A stretch of 64,000 nucleotides of DNA, taken from IMG/VR virus record IMGVR_UViG_3300008110_000029, one strand, 5' to 3'. Origin of the DNA: a virus (lineage: Duplodnaviria > Heunggongvirae > Uroviricota > Caudoviricetes). The stretch's first letter is position 1. Each line of letters opens with the position of its first letter. Positions 55,865 through 64,000 of the stretch are shown here, in pieces. The translations under genes were made by a program, and so were the position numbers. The notes below the pieces were generated by a model. The model did not search any database. It saw only the letters and a program-made list of their open reading frames with translations, and was not told the DNA's origin.

Positions 55865-57348
55865 TTGTTTAACTTTTTTTCTACATATTCTCGCTCTCTC
55901 GGACCTGTTCGATTTTTAGGAGCATCAAAATATTTTACTTTATCTAATACTTCTTGAAGAGGAATATCGGGATAGGTATAATCAGCAAAAGTCCAGATGC
56001 TAGATTTCATTATAATCTCATCTCTTACAATTTTAACATAAAAGTCATCGACTATTTTACACGCATCTGCATAAGTCATGTTATCATTTTCCCATATAAC
56101 TTTATCGTTAGCTTGCTTCACTCGTGTTTCGGCCGATCCAAAAAATTTGACTTCCTCTGGAGGTTCTGGCTCGGGTATATCTGAATGTCGATACCCATAT
56201 TTTCCCATATCTTTTGATATAGTAGATTGCACATCATTAGTTTCTGATCCGTGTATTTCTAAAGGAAATGCATGGACACATTCACCTTGCCAATTTTTTT
56301 CAATCCAATTAAAAGTTTTTATCTGACTTTCTAATGTTTCGTGCGGAAGTCCTACTACTATTCCGAGTGCCCCTCTGTAAGGACCATTGCTTAAAAAATA
56401 ATTTTTTACTTCGATTAATCCATCTCCGAGTTTTTCCGGTCTCATTCCCTTTCCAATAAATTTTGCTGTTTCATAATTCATAGTTTCTATACCATAAAAA
56501 TGTCCAACAAATCCCATCTTTAATAAAGGTTCCCAATCTCTTCTTCTAGAAACTAAAAGGTCTGCACGAATAAATCCTGCAAAAATAGTATCAAGATTTA
56601 ATTGTTGTATAGCATCTGAATATTTTTCTATTTTTTCACTATGATCATTAAAAGTTTCATCGGCCATGTAGTAATTTTTGATTCCCCACCTTTCCCAATT
56701 TTCTTTCATATCTTCCTTAAAATCTTCTGCCGATCGAGTATAATCTCCCTTAACACCAAGAACCGGATGATTACAATATGGACATTGAAATTTACAACCT
56801 CTAGAGCACTCTATCGTCAACCATTCCCAGGGTTGTAGATCATCTCGATCTTGATATTTTATTGTGAGGCGATTCATAGGAAAAGCAGGATAATGTTTAT
56901 TTGCGCTAATAACTTTTTTCTTTCCAAGATATAACGGATCAAGGGTTATTTTATTATTCGAATTTCCTACAAAAGATCTGGCAAGTTCTAATACTGCTAA
57001 TTCTCCGTAGCCGTGAATATAGTAATCGACTTTTTTAGTATTAATTAGAGGTTTACTTTGTCCTCCTACAATTATTCTAATGTAAGGATAAGAAGATTTA
57101 ATCCAGTCAATAAAAATATCAACGTCGTCGCTCCATGCATTAAAAAAAGAACTGAAACCAATAAAAATAGTTTTAGAACTTATACGCATTTTAGCTACTT
57201 CTTTTAATTCTTCTAGCGTGAATGATTTAACGTAATCTATTACCTCTACATCCCATTCGTGTTCGCGAAGAAATGTGGCTATCCTATATGGGCCTGCCAA
57301 TCTCCTTAATGCCAAGTCGTGAACACAAAAAATTAATGCGTGATTCAT
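55861..57348 (-). CDS. B12-binding radical-SAM enzyme, copy 4
   Basis: 495 aa. 'TIECSRGCKFQCPYCNHP'. N-terminal B12-binding-like region. Confidence 0.75.
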   Translation of the reverse strand: MNHALIFCVHDLALRRLAGPYRIATFLREHEWDVEVIDYVKSFTLEELKEVAKMRISSKTIFIGFSSFFNAWSDDVDIFIDWIKSSYPYIRIIVGGQSKPLINTKKVDYYIHGYGELAVLELARSFVGNSNNKITLDPLYLGKKKVISANKHYPAFPMNRLTIKYQDRDDLQPWEWLTIECSRGCKFQCPYCNHPVLGVKGDYTRSAEDFKEDMKENWERWGIKNYYMADETFNDHSEKIEKYSDAIQQLNLDTIFAGFIRADLLVSRRRDWEPLLKMGFVGHFYGIETMNYETAKFIGKGMRPEKLGDGLIEVKNYFLSNGPYRGALGIVVGLPHETLESQIKTFNWIEKNWQGECVHAFPLEIHGSETNDVQSTISKDMGKYGYRHSDIPEPEPPEEVKFFGSAETRVKQANDKVIWENDNMTYADACKIVDDFYVKIVRDEIIMKSSIWTFADYTYPDIPLQEVLDKVKYFDAPKNRTGPREREYVEKKLNK

Positions 57349-57764
57349 GTTTCTAAAATCTCTTTTAAATATTCTTCACTCCAGTGCGTATAATAACTAG
57401 ATTTAGATAATTTATCTCTCGCTTTATTCAGTTCGTCTCTCCACTGGCACAGAATTAAATTGTGTTCTCCATTATTAGTTTGTATACCATTAATGTAGGT
57501 TATTCTATTTTTAGGATCTGGTAAGAAAACCATCTCTGGATAAATGCTGTTATATTCTTTCGCAATTTTAAATATTTCTTCTTCGGAATAGTCATTCGGT
57601 AATTTATAAATGATGAGCTCAAAATTCCAAGGAGGTGGATCGATATCTGATCCATCAGTTTCAATAATTTCATACTTAGAACCTTTAGCATACGGACAAA
57701 TGCTAAATCCACCAAGTTCATCTCTAGGTTGGGTAATACGATCAATCCAATTGTCAATATCCAT
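57345..57764 (-). CDS. Hypothetical protein (139 aa)
   Basis: ORF, ATGA coupling. Confidence 0.35.
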   Translation of the reverse strand: MDIDNWIDRITQPRDELGGFSICPYAKGSKYEIIETDGSDIDPPPWNFELIIYKLPNDYSEEEIFKIAKEYNSIYPEMVFLPDPKNRITYINGIQTNNGEHNLILCQWRDELNKARDKLSKSSYYTHWSEEYLKEILET

Positions 57765-58371
57765 TTTGTACCGTTATACTTGAAATAAAGTTTCTACCAT
57801 TGATACTCTGTAAAATTAAATCAACAGTCTTTGTAAGATCTTCAATTGTAATTATGCTATTGGTATCCATTACCTTATTATATAATTCTATACCATTCTG
57901 ATTTTCTGTGTCATAGGGATTATAAAAATTAGTTTGACAAACACCTGGCATAATAACTATGCTTTTACATTTACTACCGCTATGATTTATATCCCAGCTG
58001 ACTTTATTAATAGCATATTTTTCTTCTCCGTAGTTTTTAAGCCATGGAAAATTTTTAGGTATATCTGCTAATGGTTCTGCAGCTATAGAACTTGTACTTA
58101 TAATAAAATGAGGATCATTCCAATGTTGTTGGTGCCATAATTTCATTAGTTCTACTTGAGAATAATAATGATAGGCATTATTGATAAACAAATCACAATC
58201 TTTTGTATAAGAAATAATAATATCTTGATTAGATCTATCACCGATATCGAAACCGTTGTCTTTGCTAAATCCTTTAACTCTACAATTTAAATTAAGAAAA
58301 TAATCATATAATCCTTTGCCAATCCCGCTGGTATGACCAGTAATTGCTATATTATTAAATTTCATAAACAT
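57754..58371 (-). CDS. Short-chain dehydrogenase/reductase (SDR)
   Basis: 'IAITGHTSGIGKGLY' is the T-G-x3-G-x-G cofactor motif. Confidence 0.5.
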   Translation of the reverse strand: MFMKFNNIAITGHTSGIGKGLYDYFLNLNCRVKGFSKDNGFDIGDRSNQDIIISYTKDCDLFINNAYHYYSQVELMKLWHQQHWNDPHFIISTSSIAAEPLADIPKNFPWLKNYGEEKYAINKVSWDINHSGSKCKSIVIMPGVCQTNFYNPYDTENQNGIELYNKVMDTNSIITIEDLTKTVDLILQSINGRNFISSITVQNGY

Positions 58372-58900
58372 CTTCCTTAAGAAGTTCTAATAACACAACA
58401 ACTCTAGGAGATGATGTGTGATTCCAAACCGAATGAGGAGTTTCTACATCTAATAAAAAACATTCCCCCTCGAACCATCTTCCTCGATAATCTCCTTCTG
58501 AGAATCCGACATCTCCGAGAGGAATAATTAGAGGAACGTGACAAATAACATAATTTTCGTGACCTTCTTCTGTATCAGTGTGCATCGGAACAACTCCGCC
58601 TGCGTCTAAAACACTGTAACCTGCACTACGACAAGTATCACCAAAACTTTTAACTAGTTCAGTTAATATTGGGTATCGAGATAAATTTTTATCTTCCCAT
58701 TTGCCCATAATTTTAATTACAAGCATTTTCCATTTATTTTGAGGATCTAAACTGTTTCCAATATATTCGCTGTAGAGGGGAATGTTACCAGTATCGTAAC
58801 CGTGAACAGTCACAAATTCATTTTTTAATTTTGGTATAAATTTATTAATTTTATCTTTAAAAATAAATTTGTTTATGTCATAGATCATTCCACTCTCCAT
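58355..58900 (-). CDS. Cupin-fold protein
   Basis: 'GVVPMHTDTEEGHENYVICHVPLIIPLGDVGFSEGDYRGRWFEG' is a cupin-type His/Glu metal site. Confidence 0.4.
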   Translation of the reverse strand: MESGMIYDINKFIFKDKINKFIPKLKNEFVTVHGYDTGNIPLYSEYIGNSLDPQNKWKMLVIKIMGKWEDKNLSRYPILTELVKSFGDTCRSAGYSVLDAGGVVPMHTDTEEGHENYVICHVPLIIPLGDVGFSEGDYRGRWFEGECFLLDVETPHSVWNHTSSPRVVVLLELLKEDVYEI

Positions 58901-60134
58901 CCATGTGCCACGAAGGAAGTGAATCTTTATAAATCTCCGATGCCTTATTTACAGTAACAATAATGGCATTGGGATTATATTCTTTAATTTTTTTGAACAA
59001 TAGATTCTCATTATATATTCTGTGTCTTAATGGAACAAAAGGTGCTACGGGATCGTAATTAAAAATATGACTAAGATGCACAATAGTAGAAGGCACTGCA
59101 TCTAGCCAATCGCTTACTTCGAGATTTTTGTTAAGAACTAAATCTTGATGAGAAAATTCGAATTTAACGACTTTACTAATGTCACTCCAAATTACAGGAT
59201 CAATCCGTTGTTCAACACCAGTTAACGTTATCCACTCTTGTTTTTTATTTTTTAAAAAACTTGATCTTTTATTAACATACGTTTTTACAAATTCTAAATA
59301 ATTCAACCCGTCCCAATTCTTTATAATATATTCCATACACTCTAAAGCAAACAAATTATAATCTACAAAACGAACAACGGTATTTTTATCATATCCATAT
59401 TCTAAAAGATATTCTATAAACTGCAATCCACTTGCTTGAATTACTAATTGTTGTATTGGTGTACTACAATTAATTTTTATAACTTCTTCTGTATTGTAAG
59501 GATAGAATAATGTTTGTGAGGCAACCTCGTTTTTGCCGTATAGATAATCGCACGATTTTATAAACGCAGGTTCATAATTAGGATAATAGTATCTTTTGTT
59601 TTTTCTGAAACGATCTGCAAATGGTTTCACAAATTTATTATTAGCAAACGCAACACTAAGAATGTTCCAGCCGTGCCATTTGTGTTTATATTGACGTTCG
59701 GTATCGCCACCGGTTACCCAGATAGGAGTATAATCGTCGTGAATATTTTCTTCACTGCGTCTGGGTGCTATCTGTGTATGAGCTGAATAATATTCAAATT
59801 TTCCTATAACAGGACAACCTAATTCTTTGTAAGTTTTTAGATTGATTATGTAGCATTGTTCGTGTAATTCATAATAACCATCATCCCTATCTGGTATATG
59901 ACCCCAGATAAAAAATTCTTTGCCGCTGTAGACTTCCTTTTCGACTTCATGGAAAAATTCATCACCGTTGATGAACTCTGTGCCTGTACTTAATACAACT
60001 GCATGTGTATATTCTTTGGCGGCTTCTTGTAACATAGCATCTTCATCTAATCCTTGAATAATATTAAATCCGTGACCAAGAATCTTACTATAGACTATAT
60101 CTGAAGATCCTTCGGGTGTATTAAATTTTACCAT
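58878..60134 (-). CDS. Hypothetical protein (418 aa)
   Basis: ORF in operon context. No motif. Confidence 0.4.
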   Translation of the reverse strand: MVKFNTPEGSSDIVYSKILGHGFNIIQGLDEDAMLQEAAKEYTHAVVLSTGTEFINGDEFFHEVEKEVYSGKEFFIWGHIPDRDDGYYELHEQCYIINLKTYKELGCPVIGKFEYYSAHTQIAPRRSEENIHDDYTPIWVTGGDTERQYKHKWHGWNILSVAFANNKFVKPFADRFRKNKRYYYPNYEPAFIKSCDYLYGKNEVASQTLFYPYNTEEVIKINCSTPIQQLVIQASGLQFIEYLLEYGYDKNTVVRFVDYNLFALECMEYIIKNWDGLNYLEFVKTYVNKRSSFLKNKKQEWITLTGVEQRIDPVIWSDISKVVKFEFSHQDLVLNKNLEVSDWLDAVPSTIVHLSHIFNYDPVAPFVPLRHRIYNENLLFKKIKEYNPNAIIVTVNKASEIYKDSLPSWHMDGEWNDL

Positions 60135-60768
60135 ATTGATTATTATAACATCTTACTAACATTTCACAAAACTCGGCAGTTCTATGTCCCAATATAATGT
60201 TAGCAATCATATGCACTCTTGGTTTACTGCTACGATTAAAAACGGCATGTTTTTTGCTTATATTGATCATAATTATCTTTCCTTCTTTCCAAGGAACTTT
60301 CTTATCTTCTATAAACATCTCGCAATTATTTGGATGAGCTATAGCAATATTAATTGGTAGAATAGATAATAATGGATCCATATCCAGTGGAATCTCGCCG
60401 TCGGTGTGCCAGTTTATATTACTCCACGGTGCCAATTTCATAAAACGTATTCTTGTATATCTTTCTGCAGGAAATTGATTCTTCCAAAAATCTGTAATTA
60501 CAGGACACTTGTATGCTAGATCAGTATATTGATAAGGAGCATGATATTCATTATAACCATACCTGTCGGCAGTGTATGTTTTATCAATACCCAATCCGTG
60601 TAAACAACAACCGCTCCATCCTTCGCTATATCCTTCTCTATATTCTTGATAATGAGGCTCTGCTTCTAATGCCTGTTGTTTCCAGATATCTGCATTAAAA
60701 GAAATATCTAATTCTAACCAAGGTATATCTGATCTTAATATTTTACGTGCTTGTTCTATGCTATCCAT
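60121..60768 (-). CDS. Cupin-like 'HxD...H' family paralog
   Basis: 'NINWHTDGEIPLD' and 'ISKKHAVFNRS'. Confidence 0.4.
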   Translation of the reverse strand: MDSIEQARKILRSDIPWLELDISFNADIWKQQALEAEPHYQEYREGYSEGWSGCCLHGLGIDKTYTADRYGYNEYHAPYQYTDLAYKCPVITDFWKNQFPAERYTRIRFMKLAPWSNINWHTDGEIPLDMDPLLSILPINIAIAHPNNCEMFIEDKKVPWKEGKIIMINISKKHAVFNRSSKPRVHMIANIILGHRTAEFCEMLVRCYNNQYGKI

Positions 60769-61334
60769 GATTTAAAAATTTCTAAAGATTCTGCTATTGT
60801 TAGTCCCGCTTCTGGATTCTCTTTCCTACTAATGTCACAACTAATTAACCAACGCGGTTCCCAAACATTATTGTGAATGTTATGTGGAATGCCAGTTTGC
60901 ACGATTGTAGGCCATTTAACCACGTGAGAATATAAATGATTAACTTGGTTAGGGTGGTATTGTATGTAAGGTGTACCTGCTTGGGTATCCGTAGTTTCAA
61001 ATGGTTGCTCGCCCTCTTTAAGTTTGTACCAATGCATCATACTACCAGCACCCTGTACACACCAATTCATAACAGCACGGTCTGCGTCAGGAGAATGTCC
61101 GTCAATGTGTATACCGCATTGCTTGCCTTTAGGTGTGTAAAAAATAAGAGGAGGATAAGTTATTACTAATCCTAAACTATCAAGCCAGGATCGAAACTCA
61201 TCAGATACGTCACTATGATTAGCAAACCATATTTCTGTTTGGTCGCCTGTTTGATTTAATATAGCAGGGTTTACTAACGGATGAGATATCGGTATAGATA
61301 AATCGATAGCATAATTAGTGTTCACTTTTGCCAT
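60756..61334 (-). CDS. Cupin-like 'HxD...H' family paralog
   Basis: 'CGIHIDGHSPDAD' and 'MMHWYKL'. Confidence 0.4.
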   Translation of the reverse strand: MAKVNTNYAIDLSIPISHPLVNPAILNQTGDQTEIWFANHSDVSDEFRSWLDSLGLVITYPPLIFYTPKGKQCGIHIDGHSPDADRAVMNWCVQGAGSMMHWYKLKEGEQPFETTDTQAGTPYIQYHPNQVNHLYSHVVKWPTIVQTGIPHNIHNNVWEPRWLISCDISRKENPEAGLTIAESLEIFKSWIA

Positions 61335-61885
61335 CCAAAGAAATTAAACATATATTTTGTTTCAAGTCCCATATTCAGTCCGCCATGCCAATTTTGCCAA
61401 TCATCCCAACGATAAACATCTCCTTGTTTAGGATCGTATATAGCATGATTTTCAATTATTGATACCTGACCAAAGCTAGGCTCGCATATATAGCAAGTAT
61501 AATGAACAATTGGTCCTTTTGATAACCATTCTTTTTCCTGGTTGGGCATCTTATAATCGGGATGCCAAGGAACTATATACCCTGGAGGAACGGCACTAAC
61601 CCAACAGCCTGCAGGTTCACAATTTATCCATTTAGAAAAATTTTCAACCCATACATTAGAAAAATGCTCATAAGGCAAATAATCAATCCATTTTGCTGCG
61701 GCATTATTTTTATCATAACCTGCATTTTCCCAAATCTTAATTAGTTTTTCTACTTTGGGATTTCCTAAATGTATATCATCTTCCTGATCGTTTCCTCTTA
61801 ATCTAGGAGGTATTAATTTAAGATGATTTATTAAATCTTCCCATTTCATTGTTTTATTTGAATTTCCAATGTATGTGGCCATCAC
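61322..61885 (-). CDS. Aspartyl/asparaginyl-beta-hydroxylase-like cupin paralog
   Basis: 'IVPWHPDYKM' and 'WQNWHGGLNMGLETKYMFNFFGW'. Confidence 0.45.
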   Translation of the reverse strand: MMATYIGNSNKTMKWEDLINHLKLIPPRLRGNDQEDDIHLGNPKVEKLIKIWENAGYDKNNAAAKWIDYLPYEHFSNVWVENFSKWINCEPAGCWVSAVPPGYIVPWHPDYKMPNQEKEWLSKGPIVHYTCYICEPSFGQVSIIENHAIYDPKQGDVYRWDDWQNWHGGLNMGLETKYMFNFFGWQK

Positions 61886-62427
61886 TTTATTCCTAAAAAA
61901 TGAAACATAAATTGATCATGGAGCCCGCAGTTACCACCTGCATGATAATCTAAGTAATGGTCCCACTGATATGTATTACCAGAAAGTTCGCAATGAAAAC
62001 ATTGATTTTTACAAACAAAAACTCCTCCCGGATAAGGGTGACTGATAAAAGTACTGAACCGAATTACTTCTCCCTGAGATAGATATTCTTCAATGTTATC
62101 ATCGATGTCTTGATGTATTGGAGCATATTTTCCTGGACGTATTTTACTAATCCATGCTCTAGCACATTTCATTCCAACAAATTTTTCAAATTCTATAACA
62201 CACGAATTATCAAAATGTTTTATAGGATAATAATTAAACCACTCAACAGTGTCAACTTTATTATAGCCCGCATCAATCAACATTTGGATGTTATTGTCAA
62301 ATCGACCATCAAAGTTCTTATAAAAGTCTACACCAAACGCTCTCCGATCGCCTTCTTCAATACATAAAGAGTCAATTATACTATCCCATTTTCCTGCAAA
62401 AAAATTACCTATAAACTTAATTGACAT
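61882..62427 (-). CDS. Aspartyl/asparaginyl-beta-hydroxylase-like cupin paralog
   Basis: 'YAPIHQDIDDN' and 'HYLDYHAGGNCGLHDQFMFHFLG' are co-linear with 61322..61885. Confidence 0.45.
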   Translation of the reverse strand: MSIKFIGNFFAGKWDSIIDSLCIEEGDRRAFGVDFYKNFDGRFDNNIQMLIDAGYNKVDTVEWFNYYPIKHFDNSCVIEFEKFVGMKCARAWISKIRPGKYAPIHQDIDDNIEEYLSQGEVIRFSTFISHPYPGGVFVCKNQCFHCELSGNTYQWDHYLDYHAGGNCGLHDQFMFHFLGIK

Positions 62428-62461
62428 TTAATCCTCATATCTTATTACATATTCTTTAAAT

Positions 62462-62878
62462 TTATTCTTGATCGTAATGAGGAGTTAATAAAACATTATA
62501 TCTTTCCGGACTTTTAGGATATGTGAAGTCAATAGTTATATCATGATGAGCATCGACCGGACCTGTTTGAAGATATAGGCCTCCCCCGATAATTTGTTTA
62601 AATGGCAAAGATTCTAAAATTTCTATTAATTCTGGCATTAATTCTTTGATTCCGGGTCGATAGTAAGTTGGATCGTTATCGGTGAGATCTTGAAGTTTAT
62701 CTTCTGTAAAAATTTGAGAAGCATCTCTCCAATCGGTCACTGCCTTTCTAACAACTAATGGACATAATAAAGCATTAGGTATAATATTTTTATCCAAATA
62801 ATTCTTCTTAACATATTCTATGAGTAAATCTTGATCAGGAATTTTACATTTAATATCAATGGGAGTGTATATTATCAT
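62462..62878 (-). CDS. Hypothetical protein (138 aa; possible cupin paralog)
   Basis: 'GPVDAHHDITIDF'. Confidence 0.3.
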   Translation of the reverse strand: MIIYTPIDIKCKIPDQDLLIEYVKKNYLDKNIIPNALLCPLVVRKAVTDWRDASQIFTEDKLQDLTDNDPTYYRPGIKELMPELIEILESLPFKQIIGGGLYLQTGPVDAHHDITIDFTYPKSPERYNVLLTPHYDQE

Positions 62879-63612
62879 AATAATTCAAAGTTTTCTGGAA
62901 GCATTTTATTAAGTGTGTCTTTAGATTCTTTTTCGATATTAAATTTAACAAATGTTTTCCCATACTCAAACTTATTTATAAGCCCACTCTTATCAAAATG
63001 ATTTAATAACGGACTTAATTTCTCATCAAAAATAAACCTCGCATGTTCGTCAGTAATATCATTAAACTTAATGCATACCGGAACGCTGTTTTTAAGAATA
63101 TTGTTTTTTAATAACTGTCTAACAACTAATTGTATTCTTGTGACTCGTCCAACATTCATCGCTGTATGCCTAATCCCGGCATTCATGTTGTACCAAAATC
63201 CGTCTGTTGTTAACTTATACAACACGTTGTTTTCTAAATCTATCAAAAACGATTCATCAGAACATAAATTTAGATGATACCGATCATCTATATCAGCGTG
63301 TCCCTGGTAACATTTACCAGGTTCTAAAATTATTATCCTAGCTTCACCGATCGGTTCATTGATTGTTTTTAAAATAGATTCCCAAATAGTATTTTTAAAT
63401 TCCTCTTTAATTTTCCAAGGATCATAAAAGAAAGAATCTGTTGGTTGATTGATTGTATATCTAAAGTTATCACTGGGAATTTCTTTCAATGCAATTTCGA
63501 TTAAATCTAAAGAAACTTGATAGTTAGTTTTTGTTAACATGAAATATTTATATGCTACTATAACCCAGTTAAATAGTTCATGAACTATAATCATAATACA
63601 TTTTGTATGCAT
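62875..63612 (-). CDS. Cupin-like 'HxD...H' family paralog
   Basis: 'KCYQGHADIDDRYHL' and 'NAGIRHTAMNVG'. Confidence 0.4.
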   Translation of the reverse strand: MHTKCIMIIVHELFNWVIVAYKYFMLTKTNYQVSLDLIEIALKEIPSDNFRYTINQPTDSFFYDPWKIKEEFKNTIWESILKTINEPIGEARIIILEPGKCYQGHADIDDRYHLNLCSDESFLIDLENNVLYKLTTDGFWYNMNAGIRHTAMNVGRVTRIQLVVRQLLKNNILKNSVPVCIKFNDITDEHARFIFDEKLSPLLNHFDKSGLINKFEYGKTFVKFNIEKESKDTLNKMLPENFELL

Positions 63613-64000
63613 CCTTTTACAGGATTAGCAACACGTGAAGACGGCGCAATTAAAGTCATTCGTAAACAAGTTTTAAACGGAGAACGTCCTCCGGAGTGTG
63701 AACCTTGTTTTAGTTTAGAAGATCAAGGGGTTGAAAGTTTAAGACAGCGACACATTAAAGGAGAAATTCCAGAAGCACGTATTAATCTTTATCCTAATTC
63801 ATTAAAGAAAATGGATCAAGATTTTACAATGCCTTTCGAAATTCCAACAATAGAGATTAAATTGAATAATCTTTGCAATTTAAAATGTCGAATGTGCAAC
63901 CCTACAGATAGCACTAGTTGGAATGATTGGAAACAGGTTGAGGAATTTTACGACAAAGAAGGAAATTTTATTTCTAAAAATGTAAGAAAACTTAATCTTA
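63607..64000 (+). CDS. Radical-SAM enzyme, N-terminal part (continues beyond the window)
   Basis: 'MHPFTGLATREDGAIKVIRKQVLNGERPPECEPCFS...IKLNNLCNLKCRMCNPTDS' carries a Cys-x3-Cys-x2-Cys motif. It is divergent from the minus-strand block. Confidence 0.65.
   Translation, partial: MHPFTGLATREDGAIKVIRKQVLNGERPPECEPCFSLEDQGVESLRQRHIKGEIPEARINLYPNSLKKMDQDFTMPFEIPTIEIKLNNLCNLKCRMCNPTDSTSWNDWKQVEEFYDKEGNFISKNVRKLNL

Noticed and set aside
1-64000. Looked for integrase, transposase, IS inverted repeats, attachment-site direct repeats and rRNA genes.
   Set aside because: No recombinase or transposase motifs and no rRNA-like segments were recognised. The window looks like contiguous lytic-phage genome rather than a mobile island in a chromosome.

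Overview
This window reads as AT-rich genomic DNA from a large tailed phage, probably a T4-like marine myovirus infecting an alphaproteobacterium (host assignment is inference). The reasons are: dense, mostly co-directional short genes with overlapping stop/start codons; a SleB-type endolysin with holin and lipoproteins; a tail-fibre-like protein; and many auxiliary metabolic genes. No rRNA, CRISPR array, integrase or transposase was seen.

Features I can support from sequence:
- The 3' end of the ribonucleotide reductase alpha subunit (NrdA), the beta subunit (NrdB) and a glutaredoxin.
- A two-piece, circularly permuted tmRNA (ssrA) whose tag ends in ALAA, followed by a rho-independent terminator.
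- A peroxiredoxin gene (ahpC) and ahpD.
- pstS (apparently frameshifted at its 3' end) next to a phosphate-selective porin.
- A 23-codon PqqA-like peptide gene with its own promoter and terminator.
- Ribosomal protein bS21, translation factor IF-1, GMP reductase and a DEDD exonuclease.
- DnaK, an Hsp20, ClpS and a ClpP-like protease.
- Heme oxygenase and a ferredoxin-dependent bilin reductase.
- A signal-peptide D,D-carboxypeptidase, a metallophosphoesterase and a small pyruvoyl S-adenosylmethionine decarboxylase (SpeD-like).

The two most unusual regions are:
- a tandem array of at least eight divergent small paralogs (conserved C-terminal 'F.LKW' motif) joined by a recurring TTAAAATGG stop/start junction, at 33.1-35.8 kb;
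- a roughly 25 kb tightly packed island (39-64 kb, mostly minus strand) holding four B12-binding radical-SAM enzymes, three SPASM/twitch-type radical-SAM enzymes, a SAM methyltransferase, a class-III aminotransferase, an amidinotransferase-family enzyme, an SDR, SGNH hydrolases and about ten paralogous cupin-like proteins of the aspartyl-beta-hydroxylase type. I read this as an undescribed phage-encoded hypermodification pathway whose substrate is unknown.

All functional calls rest on motif recognition by eye in the supplied translations. No database search was run.
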